Shown: positions 11,007-20,684, counted from the first letter of the stretch. The stretch is DNA of 64,000 nt from an uncultured Spirochaetota bacterium (GCA_963781885.1 CAWAHW010000003.1:1-64000), one strand, 5' to 3'. Notes: generated from the letters alone by a model not told the origin. Numbers and translations are program-made.

Positions 11007-11963
11007 CTAGTAGGCGAGGTGGGACAACTCTGACATGCAGATCTCCCGCACCAGAGCGCCGGCGTCCGTCCGCGCATCCTTCAGGCGGAGTCGATGCGCA
11101 ATGACGATCGGCGCGAGGTCGACGAGGTCCTGGTCGATCACGTACTCGCGGCCGCTCAAGAGCGCGAATGCCCGCGCCGCGCGGACGAGCATGAGGCTGC
11201 CCCGGGGGGACGCGCCGAGGCTGATGCCGGGATGAGACCGCGTCGCCGCGGCGATGCCCACCGCGACCCGCATGAGCTTCTCATCGCAGTAGACGGCATC
11301 GACGCGCCGGCGGGCGGCGAGTATTTCGTCCTTGCCGCAGACAGCCTTCACCTCCGGCATGACGGTCGCCGCGGGGTCGTCGCGCACGATCCCCACCTCC
11401 ACCTCGGGATCGGGATAGCCGATGCGCAGTTTCATCAGGAAGCGATCGATCTGCGCCAACGGCAGAGGGTACACTCCCTCCATCTCCACGGGGTTCTGCG
11501 TCGCGATCACGAAGAAGAAGGGGTCCATGCGGTAGGTGGTGTTGCCCACGGTGACCTGTCCCTCGGCCATGACCTCCAGGAGCGCGGACTGCACCTTGGG
11601 CGTCGTGCGGTTGATCTCATCGGCGAGCAGCACGTTCGTGAAGACGGGGCCGGGCGTGAAGACGAACTTCCGGGTGCCGGGGTCGAAGACGTCCACGCCG
11701 GTGATGTCGTACGGAAGGAGGTCGGGCGTGAACTGGATGCGGCGGAACACCACGCCCTCTCCCCGGCGGGTGCGCGAAATGAGACGCGCCACGGTCTTCG
11801 CCAGGGTGGTCTTTCCCAGGCCCGGGACGTCCTCGATCAGGATGTGACCGCCGGCGAGCATTCCCGCCACGAGATGCGCCAGGACGGTGGACTTGCCGCG
11901 TATCACGGCCTCGAGGCCAAGAACGAGGCGCGTGCCCAGCGCGTGGGCGCTCTTGAAATCCAT
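11007..11963 (-). CDS. moxR: MoxR-family AAA+ ATPase
   Basis: EDVPGLGKT, RIQFTPDLLPYD, LADEINR, ATQNP, PLAQIDRF, GASPRG. Confidence 0.95.
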   Translation of the reverse strand: MDFKSAHALGTRLVLGLEAVIRGKSTVLAHLVAGMLAGGHILIEDVPGLGKTTLAKTVARLISRTRRGEGVVFRRIQFTPDLLPYDITGVDVFDPGTRKFVFTPGPVFTNVLLADEINRTTPKVQSALLEVMAEGQVTVGNTTYRMDPFFFVIATQNPVEMEGVYPLPLAQIDRFLMKLRIGYPDPEVEVGIVRDDPAATVMPEVKAVCGKDEILAARRRVDAVYCDEKLMRVAVGIAAATRSHPGISLGASPRGSLMLVRAARAFALLSGREYVIDQDLVDLAPIVIAHRLRLKDARTDAGALVREICMSELSHLAY

Positions 11964-12012
11964 CAGGGGTTCGCGTGCGGGTCGGGGCGCGTGCCGACGG
12001 CGGACAGCCGTG

Positions 12013-12498
12013 TCACCCATCGGAGACGAATGTACCACCTTCCTGAAGCGTGGGATAGTGCAGGAGGAGGACGAGCTTCAGCTTCAGGGTAAGACGGCGC
12101 AGCCTCTCCAGGTTGTAGGGGAAGGTGAAGCAGACGAACTTGCGCACGATGTACTGCTGCGCGTCGCGGACGCGCTTCTGCGGGAAAAGCCACGAGATGC
12201 CCAGGCGCTCCTTGAGGACGGGGAGGAGAAAGCTCTTCACGGTCCGACAGAAGGTCTCCAGCTCCTGCACGCCCTGGAGGAGCTGCCTCTCCTCGCCCGG
12301 ATAGAGCGAGGTGAGGGAGACGAGCTCGCGGATGTCGCGCACGGTGCGGAAATCGATGGGCATGCCGTCGATGATGAGGGAGAACCACGTGCGGTCGAAG
12401 TGGTTTTCGAAGACCTCCCGGAGCTCGCCGAGGAGCTTCAGAATTTCCGCATCGCGTGTATATTCATGGGTGAGGGATTCGAGCGCTGCTTCCGACAC
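12013..12498 (-). CDS. Hypothetical protein (161 aa)
   Basis: GTG start with GGAGA RBS, protein-like composition, co-oriented with the moxR operon; no family recognised. Confidence 0.7.
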   Translation of the reverse strand: MSEAALESLTHEYTRDAEILKLLGELREVFENHFDRTWFSLIIDGMPIDFRTVRDIRELVSLTSLYPGEERQLLQGVQELETFCRTVKSFLLPVLKERLGISWLFPQKRVRDAQQYIVRKFVCFTFPYNLERLRRLTLKLKLVLLLHYPTLQEGGTFVSDG

Positions 12499-12545
12499 TG
12501 GTGTTCTCCGTCTCTTTCAATGTCGGACGACGGGAGGCGCGTCTT

Positions 12546-12640
12546 GATCCAGGGGGAAGGTGAGGGGGATCACAATGACCATAACAGGTCACGATCCTCC
12601 GTCCAGGCCTGTCAGGGGTTCGACTCCCCTGCCCCCTATC
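12546..12640. ncRNA. Candidate structured RNA or 5' leader (nested stems, T-arm-like hairpin)
   Basis: AGGGGG/CCCCCT (12551-56/12632-37), GGGGGATC/GATCCTCC, TGACC/GGTCA, and CAGGGG-TTCGACT-CCCCTG (12613-12631). Confidence 0.4.
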
Positions 12641-12658
12641 CTGCGCTGCGGACGCCCC

Positions 12659-12687
12659 TTGACACCGTCTATACCGGTCAGTATACT
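12659..12687 (+). promoter_or_regulatory. Sigma70 promoter of tetR with overlapping TetR-type operator
   Basis: TTGACA-17 nt-TATACT; palindrome TATAC-CGGTCA-GTATA at 12670-12685; ATG lies 7 nt after the -10. Confidence 0.8.
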
Positions 12688-12694
12688 CGACCCC

Positions 12695-13261
12695 ATGGAC
12701 AGCAAGTCGGTCCTCATCGAGCGCGCCCTGGAGCTCTTTGCCGCGCGCGGCTACGACGCGGTGGGGGTGCAGGAGATCGTGGAATCCGCCGGCATGACGA
12801 AGCCGACCCTCTACCACTGGTTCGGCAGCAAGCAGGGCCTGCTGCGCGCCGCCCTGGCCTCGCGGGAGGAGGGGCTGGTCGCCGCCCTGGCCGCGGCCGG
12901 GGAGTATCGCGGCGACCTTCCCCTCACCCTGCGGAAGATCGCGGCCGGTTGCTTCAACTTTGCGCGTGAAAACCCCATATTCATGAGGCTGCGGCTCTCG
13001 CTCTTCTTCGCGCCGCCCGACAGCGAAGGCCACCGCGAGGTTGCGGCGCTCAACGACCGGCAGTTCGCCATGCTGCGCGATCTTTTCACCCGGGCCGCGC
13101 GCGATCACGGCAACATGAAGGGGAGGCACCTGCTCTACGCGGCGTCCTTCGTCGGCATGATCAACAACTGCATCGGTCTTGCCCTGAACGGCTACCTCTC
13201 CCTGGACGACACGCTCGTGCAGCGCAGCGTCCACTACTTCGAGCACGGCATCTACTCGTGA
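12695..13261 (+). CDS. TetR/AcrR-family transcriptional regulator
   Basis: ALELFAARGYDAVGVQEIVESAGMTKPTLYHWFGSKQGL HTH. Confidence 0.93.
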   Translation: MDSKSVLIERALELFAARGYDAVGVQEIVESAGMTKPTLYHWFGSKQGLLRAALASREEGLVAALAAAGEYRGDLPLTLRKIAAGCFNFARENPIFMRLRLSLFFAPPDSEGHREVAALNDRQFAMLRDLFTRAARDHGNMKGRHLLYAASFVGMINNCIGLALNGYLSLDDTLVQRSVHYFEHGIYS

Positions 13262-13280
13262 TTATTTGTGATCCGGATAT

Positions 13281-13292
13281 TACCGAACGGTA
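13281..13292. promoter_or_regulatory. Second TetR-type operator upstream of the GH13 gene
   Basis: TACCG-AA-CGGTA palindrome, similar to TACTGACCGGTA (reverse strand of the first operator). Confidence 0.6.
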
Positions 13293-13311
13293 GGTATAGA
13301 AAGGAAGCTCC

Positions 13312-14680
13312 ATGAGCCACTGGGCCAACGAATCAGTCTTCTACCACATCTATCCGCTGGGGCTCTGCGGCGCCCCGGCGTCCAACGACCTCAGCGCCCC
13401 CCCGGTGAACCGGCTCGACGCGCTTCTCCCCTGGCTGGATCATGCCCGTTCACTCGGGGTGAGCGCACTCTACATCGGCCCGGTCTTCGAATCCCTTTCC
13501 CACGGCTACGACACCATTGCCTACACCGTCATCGACCGGCGGCTGGGTACGAATGATGCCTTCGCGGCTGTCTGCGCGCGGGCGCACGGGCTGGGCCTGA
13601 AAGTCGTGCTGGATGCCGTATTCAATCACGTCGGCCGGGCGTTCCCGGGCTTCCGCGATCTCCAGGAAAAGGGCAGGGCGTCGCGGTACGCGGACTGGTT
13701 CGCCGGCGTGGACTTCCAGCACGCGAACAAGCGCGGCGACGCATTCACCTACGAGGGATGGCACGGTCACGACGACCTTGTGAAGCTCGACGTGAGAAAC
13801 CCCGCGGTCCGGGACCACCTTTTTTCCGCGGCGGCGCGGTGGATGGACGAGTTCGGCATCGACGGTTTGCGTCTGGACGCGGCGGATTGCCTTGACCTCG
13901 ACTTCCTGCGCCTGCTCGGTTCATTCTGCCGTGCGCGCAGGACGGACTTCTGGCTCCTCGGCGAGATCGTCCACGGAGACTACCGCCGGTGGGCTGCGCC
14001 GGGGCTCCTGGATTCCGTCACCAACTACGAGTGCTACAAGGGCTTGTATTCAAGTCACGCGGAGCAAAACTACTTCGAGATGGCGTGGTCCCTCAACCGC
14101 CAGTTCGGTCCGCAAGGGCTGTATCGCGGCATGCCCCTCTACAACTTCGCCGACAACCACGACGTGAGCAGGGTGGCGAGCTCCGTGAAGGATCCGTCGC
14201 AGCTCGCGCCATTGTACAGCATCCTCTTCACCATGCCCGGCATCCCGTCCATCTACTACGGCAGCGAGTGGGGCATCCCGGCAGCAAAAGATGCCACCGA
14301 CAGAAGCCTGCGTCCCCATCTCTCTCTCCCGGGCAATGGAAGGCATGGCCACCCTGCCCGGGCTTCCGGATGCGATCCGGCGGCTGGCAGGCATACGGCG
14401 CGCAAGCCCGGCGCTCCTGGCGGGAGACTACCGGCAACTGCATGTTGCGTCGCTGCAATTTGCATTCATGCGGTGGTGCAGGGAGGAGACGGTGATCGTC
14501 GCGCTGAACAACGACGCGGCTGCCGCATCGCTCGACCTCGACGTCTCCCCGCTGCCGGACGGCGCCGTGCAGGACCTGCTGGATCCCGGGCGCGACGTCC
14601 GCATCGCGGGGGGAAGGCTGACGCTCCGCGTTAGGCCCCGTTCCGCGGCGATCGTGCGGGCGGCGCCTCAGGGGCGATGA
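13312..14680 (+). CDS. GH13 alpha-amylase / cyclomaltodextrinase-like glycosidase; frameshift at about 14330
   Basis: YHIYPLG, HGYD, DAVFNH, DGLRLDAA, GEIVH, DNHD, PGIPSIYYG; C-terminal beta domain in ORF 14291..14680. Confidence 0.9.
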
Positions 14681-15111
14681 TCTGCGGCGTGCTCCTCACG
14701 GTGCCCCGGCCCCGCGATGAATCGCACCAGATAGACGGTGCCGGCGATGACCGAGGCGACCATGGAGACGATGAGCGCGATCTTCAGGAGCGTGTTGAGC
14801 CAGGCGCCCACGAGCACGGAGAAGTCCAGCGGGAAGACGAGGTAGAAGACGATCACGGAGAGGAGCTGGGCGCCGGCGAAAAGCGCCCGCATGAGCGCGT
14901 AGAATCTCGGCGGTCGATAGAAGGCAAGCAGAAGATTGCCGAGCATCTGGACGCCCAGGGAGAGATTGGCCGCCCAGAGCACGTCGATCCATGTGTCGAG
15001 GATCACCCCATGCGTGAAGCCGCGCCAGAGCAGCACCGAGTTGAACAGAACGATGCCGATGAAATCTCCGAGTATCCTTGCGACGAAATGACCCGTTGAC
15101 TGCTCTTTCAT
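14668..15111 (-). CDS. Hypothetical membrane protein (about 4 TM)
   Basis: MKEQSTG start with GGAGGAG RBS; four hydrophobic segments. Confidence 0.72.
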   Translation of the reverse strand: MKEQSTGHFVARILGDFIGIVLFNSVLLWRGFTHGVILDTWIDVLWAANLSLGVQMLGNLLLAFYRPPRFYALMRALFAGAQLLSVIVFYLVFPLDFSVLVGAWLNTLLKIALIVSMVASVIAGTVYLVRFIAGPGHREEHAADHRP

Positions 15112-15233
15112 GGCCGCTCCTCCGCCCGGACGGTTCCGCTTCCCTGCCGCACGGTGTAGCATGGGAGTGAAGGCTGTGTCAAAACGCAGCCGACGGCGGC
15201 GCATCTGCGCCTGCGCGAATGGCGGAGGGAATC

Positions 15234-15713
15234 GTGAGCAGGGCCTTTGTCGACGAGTCGGCTTCCGAATCCCGCGAGGAGGGGGCTCCCGCGCTCAAGA
15301 TTCCCCTGCCGCCGGGCGCGAAAAACTACGTCACACCCGAGGGGGCACGGCGCCTGCGTGCCGAGCTGGATGCGCTCCAGGCTGCCCCCTCGCCCCGGCT
15401 CCGCGAGGTCGACCGCAGGATCGAGTACCTGTCGCGCATGGCGGCCGTCATGGAGATCGTCACGCCCGGCGAAAAGCCGCCCGATCGGGTCGTCTTCGGG
15501 GCAGTGGTCACGGTGAGGGAAGAAGGAAATGGCGAGCGCACCTACCGCATCGTCGGCATCGACGAGAGCGACCCGGCCCGGGGACTGGTGAGCTGGGTCT
15601 CCCCGATCGCGCGGGCGCTCAGCGGGAAGAGACCGGGTGACTATGCCAAGGTCGCGCTCCCCGCGGGAGAAGTGGCCCTCACCATCGTATCAGTGGGAAA
15701 CGGGCGGGCCTGA
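15234..15713 (+). CDS. GreA/GreB-family factor with short coiled coil
   Basis: MSRAFVDE..., NYVTPEG, RVVFGA, YRIVGIDESDP, SWVSPIARAL. Confidence 0.85.
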   Translation: MSRAFVDESASESREEGAPALKIPLPPGAKNYVTPEGARRLRAELDALQAAPSPRLREVDRRIEYLSRMAAVMEIVTPGEKPPDRVVFGAVVTVREEGNGERTYRIVGIDESDPARGLVSWVSPIARALSGKRPGDYAKVALPAGEVALTIVSVGNGRA

Positions 15714-15718
15714 GCCTG

Positions 15719-16372
15719 TCAAAATGGCCAGAGACCGGCTCGGCCAGGAAAGGCTCCCCCTTCTCCCGCGCTGATCGTCCCGTCAAGGATTTCCATCGGA
15801 TCGATGGTGCGGCCGGCAAGCTCGATCTGGAAATGCAGATGGGGTCCCGTGCTGATCCCCGTGGTGCCCACCCCGCCGATCTGCTGTCCCGCCGCGACCG
15901 CATCGCCCTTCTTCACGCCGATATTCACCTGCATGTGACTATACAGTGTCGTGAATCCGCTCCTGTGCGCCACGGAGACGAATACCCCGAGGCTGCGGCT
16001 GAATCCGGTCTCCGTGACCGTCCCCGTCCCCGCCGCAAGAACGGGAGTGCCCGACGGTACCGCGATGTCTATCCCCTCATGGAATCCCTTTGCTCCCGTG
16101 GTCGGATCGCTCGTCGGACCGTAGCCCTGGGTGATGATTCCCCGGCGCCGCCGGCCGTCACCGACGGGCCAGCGTACGGGGAAGTCCCGCGCGTCGATAT
16201 CGGCGCCTCTGGCGACCGTCGTGTTGCCGTTTTTCCATGTGAGCGTGAGGACGGAGGACGGATGCAGGATGGCGAACGGGAAGGTTGCGCATTGGGCCAG
16301 GGAAAGGAAAACCGTCCCTGACGCCAGAGCGAGAAGGAGCGCGGAATGCATCGGTCTCCGCGCGGCCGCCAT
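15719..16372 (-). CDS. M23-family metallopeptidase
   Basis: HEGID (HxxxD), YSHM, STGPHLHF; N-terminal hydrophobic segment; start uncertain (16372 or 16351). Confidence 0.85.
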   Translation of the reverse strand: MAAARRPMHSALLLALASGTVFLSLAQCATFPFAILHPSSVLTLTWKNGNTTVARGADIDARDFPVRWPVGDGRRRRGIITQGYGPTSDPTTGAKGFHEGIDIAVPSGTPVLAAGTGTVTETGFSRSLGVFVSVAHRSGFTTLYSHMQVNIGVKKGDAVAAGQQIGGVGTTGISTGPHLHFQIELAGRTIDPMEILDGTISAGEGGAFPGRAGLWPF

Positions 16373-16433
16373 TCCTTTCCCCGCACTCGTGCGCATTGGC
16401 AACGGGACGTGACCGCGCAAGGAACGCCCCGCG

Positions 16434-17165
16434 TCACTTCTCCCCGGAGAGTCTGCCGGGAATCGCCGGGAGGACGAGTGAGCCGGAGGCCGCCCGCGCG
16501 CGGGCTTCCGCGAGTATCGCGAGTGTCTGTGTCGCACCGAACCGGTCCGTCCCCACGCAGCGGACGCTCAGCGCGTCATCGAGCGTCCGCACCCCTCCGG
16601 CCGCTTTCACGCGGACGCGCGGCCCGCACGTGCTCCGCATGAGCTTCAGGTCGTCGATCGTCGCGCCGCCCTTTGCAAAACCCGTGGAGGTCTTCACGAA
16701 GTCGGCGCCGGCAGCTTCCGAGATCCGGTAGCCCCGCACCTTCTCCTCCGCCGAGAGGTAGCAGTTTTCCAGGATCACTTTCACGAGCGCCCCTTGGGCG
16801 TGCGCGAGCTCGCAGATGCGGCGGATCTCATCACCGGCGTCCGCGTCCCTGCCCGCGCGCAGCGCGCCAATCGCGATCACCATGTCCAGCTCCACGGCGC
16901 CGTCGGCAAGCGCCTCGCGCGCCTCCGCAAGCTTCGTCTGCGTGGTGTGCGACCCGTGCGGGAATCCCACCACCGTCGTCACGCGCACGCGCGAGCCGGC
17001 GAGCTCCCGGGCGGCGCGCCGAACGTCGACGGGTCTCACGCAGACGGAGACGCACGCGCACTCCCGCGCGATCCGGCAGCCCTCGATGACGTCTGCGTCG
17101 GTGAGCTCGGGCCGCAGCAACGAATGATCGATCATGTCCGCGATGTCCTGAACGGTGAGATTCAT
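16434..17165 (-). CDS. deoC: Deoxyribose-phosphate aldolase
   Basis: IDHSLL, VVGFPHG, ELDMVI, KVILE, FVKTSTGF, KAAGGVR. Confidence 0.95.
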   Translation of the reverse strand: MNLTVQDIADMIDHSLLRPELTDADVIEGCRIARECACVSVCVRPVDVRRAARELAGSRVRVTTVVGFPHGSHTTQTKLAEAREALADGAVELDMVIAIGALRAGRDADAGDEIRRICELAHAQGALVKVILENCYLSAEEKVRGYRISEAAGADFVKTSTGFAKGGATIDDLKLMRSTCGPRVRVKAAGGVRTLDDALSVRCVGTDRFGATQTLAILAEARARAASGSLVLPAIPGRLSGEK

Positions 17166-17180
17166 GAATCCTCCTGCGCG

Positions 17181-18494
17181 TCAGCGCTTCATCCAGATAT
17201 GGAACTTCTCCACGACCTGCGGGTTTTCCGCCCGCCACGCGGCCGCGGCCGTTTCCAGTTGCGAGGCGCACTGCGCGGCGTCCGCCGTCCCGGCGAAAAG
17301 CTGCCCGCAGAGGGCGGAGCTCCGCCCGTCGATTGCAGACGGGACGAAGCTCTCAAGGTTCGGGCCCGGGCTCTGCTCCATCCACGTGAAGACCTGCTTC
17401 ATGCGCGGCTGCGCGATCCACGCGGCATCGAAACGGTCGTCCGCGGGGAAAAGGCCCGTGGCCGCATACCAGGCCTGCAGCCTTTCGGTGGTGTGCATGA
17501 ATCGCAGGAAATCGGCGGCCTGCTTCTGGGCCTTCGACCACGACGTGACGCTGAGACCCCGCGCCGTCACGGCGTACGTCCGCGCGAGCCTGGCCTTGCC
17601 GTAGACGGGCGCGCGCATGACGCCAAGCCTGTCTTCCCCCAATTGCCGGATCCAATCGGGATAGAAGGCGTCGCTGGCGACGATCATCGCCGCCCGTCCT
17701 CCCAGGAACATGTCCTGGGCCTGCCCATAATCGATCGTCGCGACGTCCGCGTTCCAGAAGCCCGACTCCGAAAGCTCGGCCAGCCTTGACCACCATGCGG
17801 AGTATCGCGCATCGGTGAGCTTCGTGTCGCCTGCCACGGCCATGGTGACGTCCGCGGGGGAGTCCAGAGTCTGGCTGCCAAGGAGCTGCCAAAGCCACCC
17901 GGCGTACCAGCCGTCGGCAAGCCCGCCGGCGAGCGGCGTGATGCCGGCCGCCTTCAGGCGCCCGCAGGCGGCGAAAAAGTCCGGCCATGCCGTGTAATCC
18001 CCATCAGGATCGAGACCGGCCTTCTGGAAAAGGTCCCGACGGAAGGCAATGGAGACGCCGGAAAGATACAATCCGACGCCCCACAGCTTGCCGTCGAACG
18101 TCCGTTCGTCGTTCCTGCTGTAGTGCCGGTACTCCGATTGCGGGAGCAGGCCGCTGACGGGCGCCAGGGCGCCTGCCCACGCCTCCTGGAGCGTCCAGAT
18201 GCCGGCCCAGAGCGACTGGATGTCGGGACCCTGCCGCGCCGCGACCGCCGCCCGGAAGGAGGTCTCGACCTTATCCGTGGACTGGAGCGTCGTCTCGATG
18301 CTCACGTCGGGATGGGCTGCTTCGTACTTCTCCACCGTTTCTGCCATCCACCTCTGCGCGCCCGGAGCCTCCTGCTCTCCCCACCACCAGACGGCGAGAT
18401 GCGCGGGCGCGCGGGGCCGGGGTTGGCCGCAGGCCGCAAGCCCCAGGACGAGAGCGGCGAGTGCAATGCACATTCCCGGAGACGAATACCTCAT
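17181..18494 (-). CDS. ABC transporter carbohydrate-binding lipoprotein (no permease nearby)
   Basis: Lipobox LAAC; SBP_bac_1-like motifs (YEAAHPDVSIE, FRRDLFQKAGLD). Confidence 0.85.
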   Translation of the reverse strand: MRYSSPGMCIALAALVLGLAACGQPRPRAPAHLAVWWWGEQEAPGAQRWMAETVEKYEAAHPDVSIETTLQSTDKVETSFRAAVAARQGPDIQSLWAGIWTLQEAWAGALAPVSGLLPQSEYRHYSRNDERTFDGKLWGVGLYLSGVSIAFRRDLFQKAGLDPDGDYTAWPDFFAACGRLKAAGITPLAGGLADGWYAGWLWQLLGSQTLDSPADVTMAVAGDTKLTDARYSAWWSRLAELSESGFWNADVATIDYGQAQDMFLGGRAAMIVASDAFYPDWIRQLGEDRLGVMRAPVYGKARLARTYAVTARGLSVTSWSKAQKQAADFLRFMHTTERLQAWYAATGLFPADDRFDAAWIAQPRMKQVFTWMEQSPGPNLESFVPSAIDGRSSALCGQLFAGTADAAQCASQLETAAAAWRAENPQVVEKFHIWMKR

Positions 18495-18623
18495 CAACGG
18501 CGATCCTTCCCGCAGAGCATCCCCTAAAATGGATACGACAAGAAGCGCTTTCGCTCCACAATCAGCGTGGACGGCTGGTGGAAGAACGCAGGCGCCTGAA
18601 GAGCCCGCGGAAGGCCTCCTGCT

Positions 18624-20681
18624 TCAGGACACGTCCAGCGACTGCACGAACGTGCTCGCGTCGCGGCGCTGGCTGGCTTCGAGGTCCCGCAGCGCCGCGA
18701 TGTCATTGCGCAGCTTCCCGAGCTCGTCCTCCTCGTCGCTCAGGCTCTTTACGTAGCGCTTGTAGAGATCGGAGCTCTGCGACAGCTCTCCCATGTTCTG
18801 GCGGATGCGCGACTGGTCGGCGGCGATCTCATTCACCCTCTGTTCCTTGCCCGTCCGCTGGCTTGCCGTGTCGGCGATCTTCTGCTCGAGGCCGACGAGC
18901 TTCTGCAGGGCGTCCTTCACTGCCTGGCTCACCACGGTGCTGCGGAGATACACTGCCACCTGGTCGGATCCCATACTGGAAAGGGCGACGCTCTGTTCCA
19001 CGACGCGCGTCTCGATGACCGCCAGCGCGGCGTTCTTGCCGGCGGCGACGGGAACGGCGAAACGATACGAGTCCCGCGTGCGTTCCAGCGCCTCCTTGGG
19101 GGCGGCAAGGGTCCATTCCGGCTGGTAAGGGTGCTCGATGAGCACGGTCCGGTCCTTTGTTCCCCGATTGACGATGGCGTAGTCCCTCTCCTGCTGCGCC
19201 TTGCTGGAATAGAAAAAGACACCCTTGCTGATCTTCACCGACACGAGCGACACCGGGGCCGGGCCATCCGTCGGGGCGATCTCCGTGTCCAGGTCCAGCG
19301 CGTACGTGACGAGCTGCTGCGCCCCGGGCGCCATGTCGGTGATCTGCGCATCCCCCGCGTAGGTGCCGCCGTCGAAGACGGTGATGGGGCCCTGCATGAG
19401 GTGGAGGCTGCTCGCGTTCTTTACCATGACGGCGTTCAGCGGATGCTGCGGGTCCGTGGATTCGTTGTACAGCGAATAGCGCTGTCCCGTGACCTGTTGG
19501 TTGAGGATGGGGAGCATGGCGGACTGCTGCCGCGGCAGCGTGACAGCCTTGTCGATGACGTACTGGAAAAGCTCGCCCACCTGTCCGCCGCGCGCCGCCG
19601 CCGCGACGCCCTGCGACACCGAGAAATCCGGCGCCTGCGGCGGCGCCGCGCGGGCGGCGCCCAGGGAGAGCTGCGCGGGTGACGGTGCCGCCTTTGCGGA
19701 CGGCATCGGTGCCGCTGCCGGCGCCTCGTCCTCCGCGACGGAGGCTTCCGCGGAGGCCGCCTCGTCCATCGCCATCTGGTTGGTCTTCGGCATCAGGGAC
19801 TGGTAGAGCTCCAACTGCACCTCGGGTCTCTGCACGTAGAGGGGCTGGTAGAGGTCCATCGTGAAGGTGATCGGCCGCCCGGAGACGAGCGTGAGGGCGA
19901 CATTGGACCAGTCGTTGTCGGAGGTGTTCTCCACGAGCGCCCAGCCCTGGAGGAGATGCTGGCCCGCGTCGCCGAGCACGAGGCGGTAGCTCGTCTTCCA
20001 GACGGGCGATTCGAGGATGTAGCCGATGCGCACCCGTCTCTTGCCGGTGCCGGCGAAATGGAGCACGACCTTCTTCTTCTCCACGCCGTGGCTGGACGAA
20101 AGCACCTGGAGCGCCTGCGCGAGATCGTTCTGCACCTCCTGGCGGAGGAACCTGATTCCCTGCACGTCCATGAGCGCGATGCTCGTGATCCCCTTGTCGG
20201 TATTGAGCGTGAGGAAATCGCCGGCGCTCTCCCCCTTGGGCCCGCTCACCGGTCTCTGCTCGACGCCGATGATCGAGCCGCTCACGGTGTTGCCGCCCGT
20301 CATGGTGAGCTCGATCGCCTCGCCCCGGGTCTGCGTGAGGAGGCTCGCGAGGGTCGGGTTCTCCGTGAGATCGATGGAGAAGCCCTTCAGGGTGCGCGTG
20401 ATGGGGTCCCGGGAGGAATAGGTGACGCTCGTGATCGCCCCGCCGTCCAGATCGCGGAGCACGAGACTCTTCAGCAGGTCGTTGATCTGGTCGGTGGAGA
20501 ACGTGAGCTCCATGCGTCCGTTGCCCTCCACGACGCCGTCGTGCTGGAAGTAGCCGACGCCGCTCGTGAAAAGCACGAGGCTGGAGACGGGGACGTTGAC
20601 GTCCTTTTCATCGCTCTGCGCAAGGGCGGCGCCGGGCGCCAGGAGCGCGAGGGTGAGAATCGGCGCGAGGAATCGCCGCAT
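18624..20681 (-). CDS. Secreted DUF4139-family protein
   Basis: Signal peptide; VLFTSGVGYF, INDLLKSL, PVWKTSYRL, LQGWALVENT; C-terminal coiled coil. Confidence 0.75.
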   Translation of the reverse strand: MRRFLAPILTLALLAPGAALAQSDEKDVNVPVSSLVLFTSGVGYFQHDGVVEGNGRMELTFSTDQINDLLKSLVLRDLDGGAITSVTYSSRDPITRTLKGFSIDLTENPTLASLLTQTRGEAIELTMTGGNTVSGSIIGVEQRPVSGPKGESAGDFLTLNTDKGITSIALMDVQGIRFLRQEVQNDLAQALQVLSSSHGVEKKKVVLHFAGTGKRRVRIGYILESPVWKTSYRLVLGDAGQHLLQGWALVENTSDNDWSNVALTLVSGRPITFTMDLYQPLYVQRPEVQLELYQSLMPKTNQMAMDEAASAEASVAEDEAPAAAPMPSAKAAPSPAQLSLGAARAAPPQAPDFSVSQGVAAAARGGQVGELFQYVIDKAVTLPRQQSAMLPILNQQVTGQRYSLYNESTDPQHPLNAVMVKNASSLHLMQGPITVFDGGTYAGDAQITDMAPGAQQLVTYALDLDTEIAPTDGPAPVSLVSVKISKGVFFYSSKAQQERDYAIVNRGTKDRTVLIEHPYQPEWTLAAPKEALERTRDSYRFAVPVAAGKNAALAVIETRVVEQSVALSSMGSDQVAVYLRSTVVSQAVKDALQKLVGLEQKIADTASQRTGKEQRVNEIAADQSRIRQNMGELSQSSDLYKRYVKSLSDEEDELGKLRNDIAALRDLEASQRRDASTFVQSLDVS

Positions 20682-20684
20682 GGT

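Noticed and set aside
12551-12640. tRNA, tRNA-Sec or tmRNA gene suggested by GGTTCGACTCC
   Set aside because: No D-arm, no 7-nt anticodon loop, no UCA anticodon and no CCA; the geometry does not fit a cloverleaf. Kept only as an unassigned structure.
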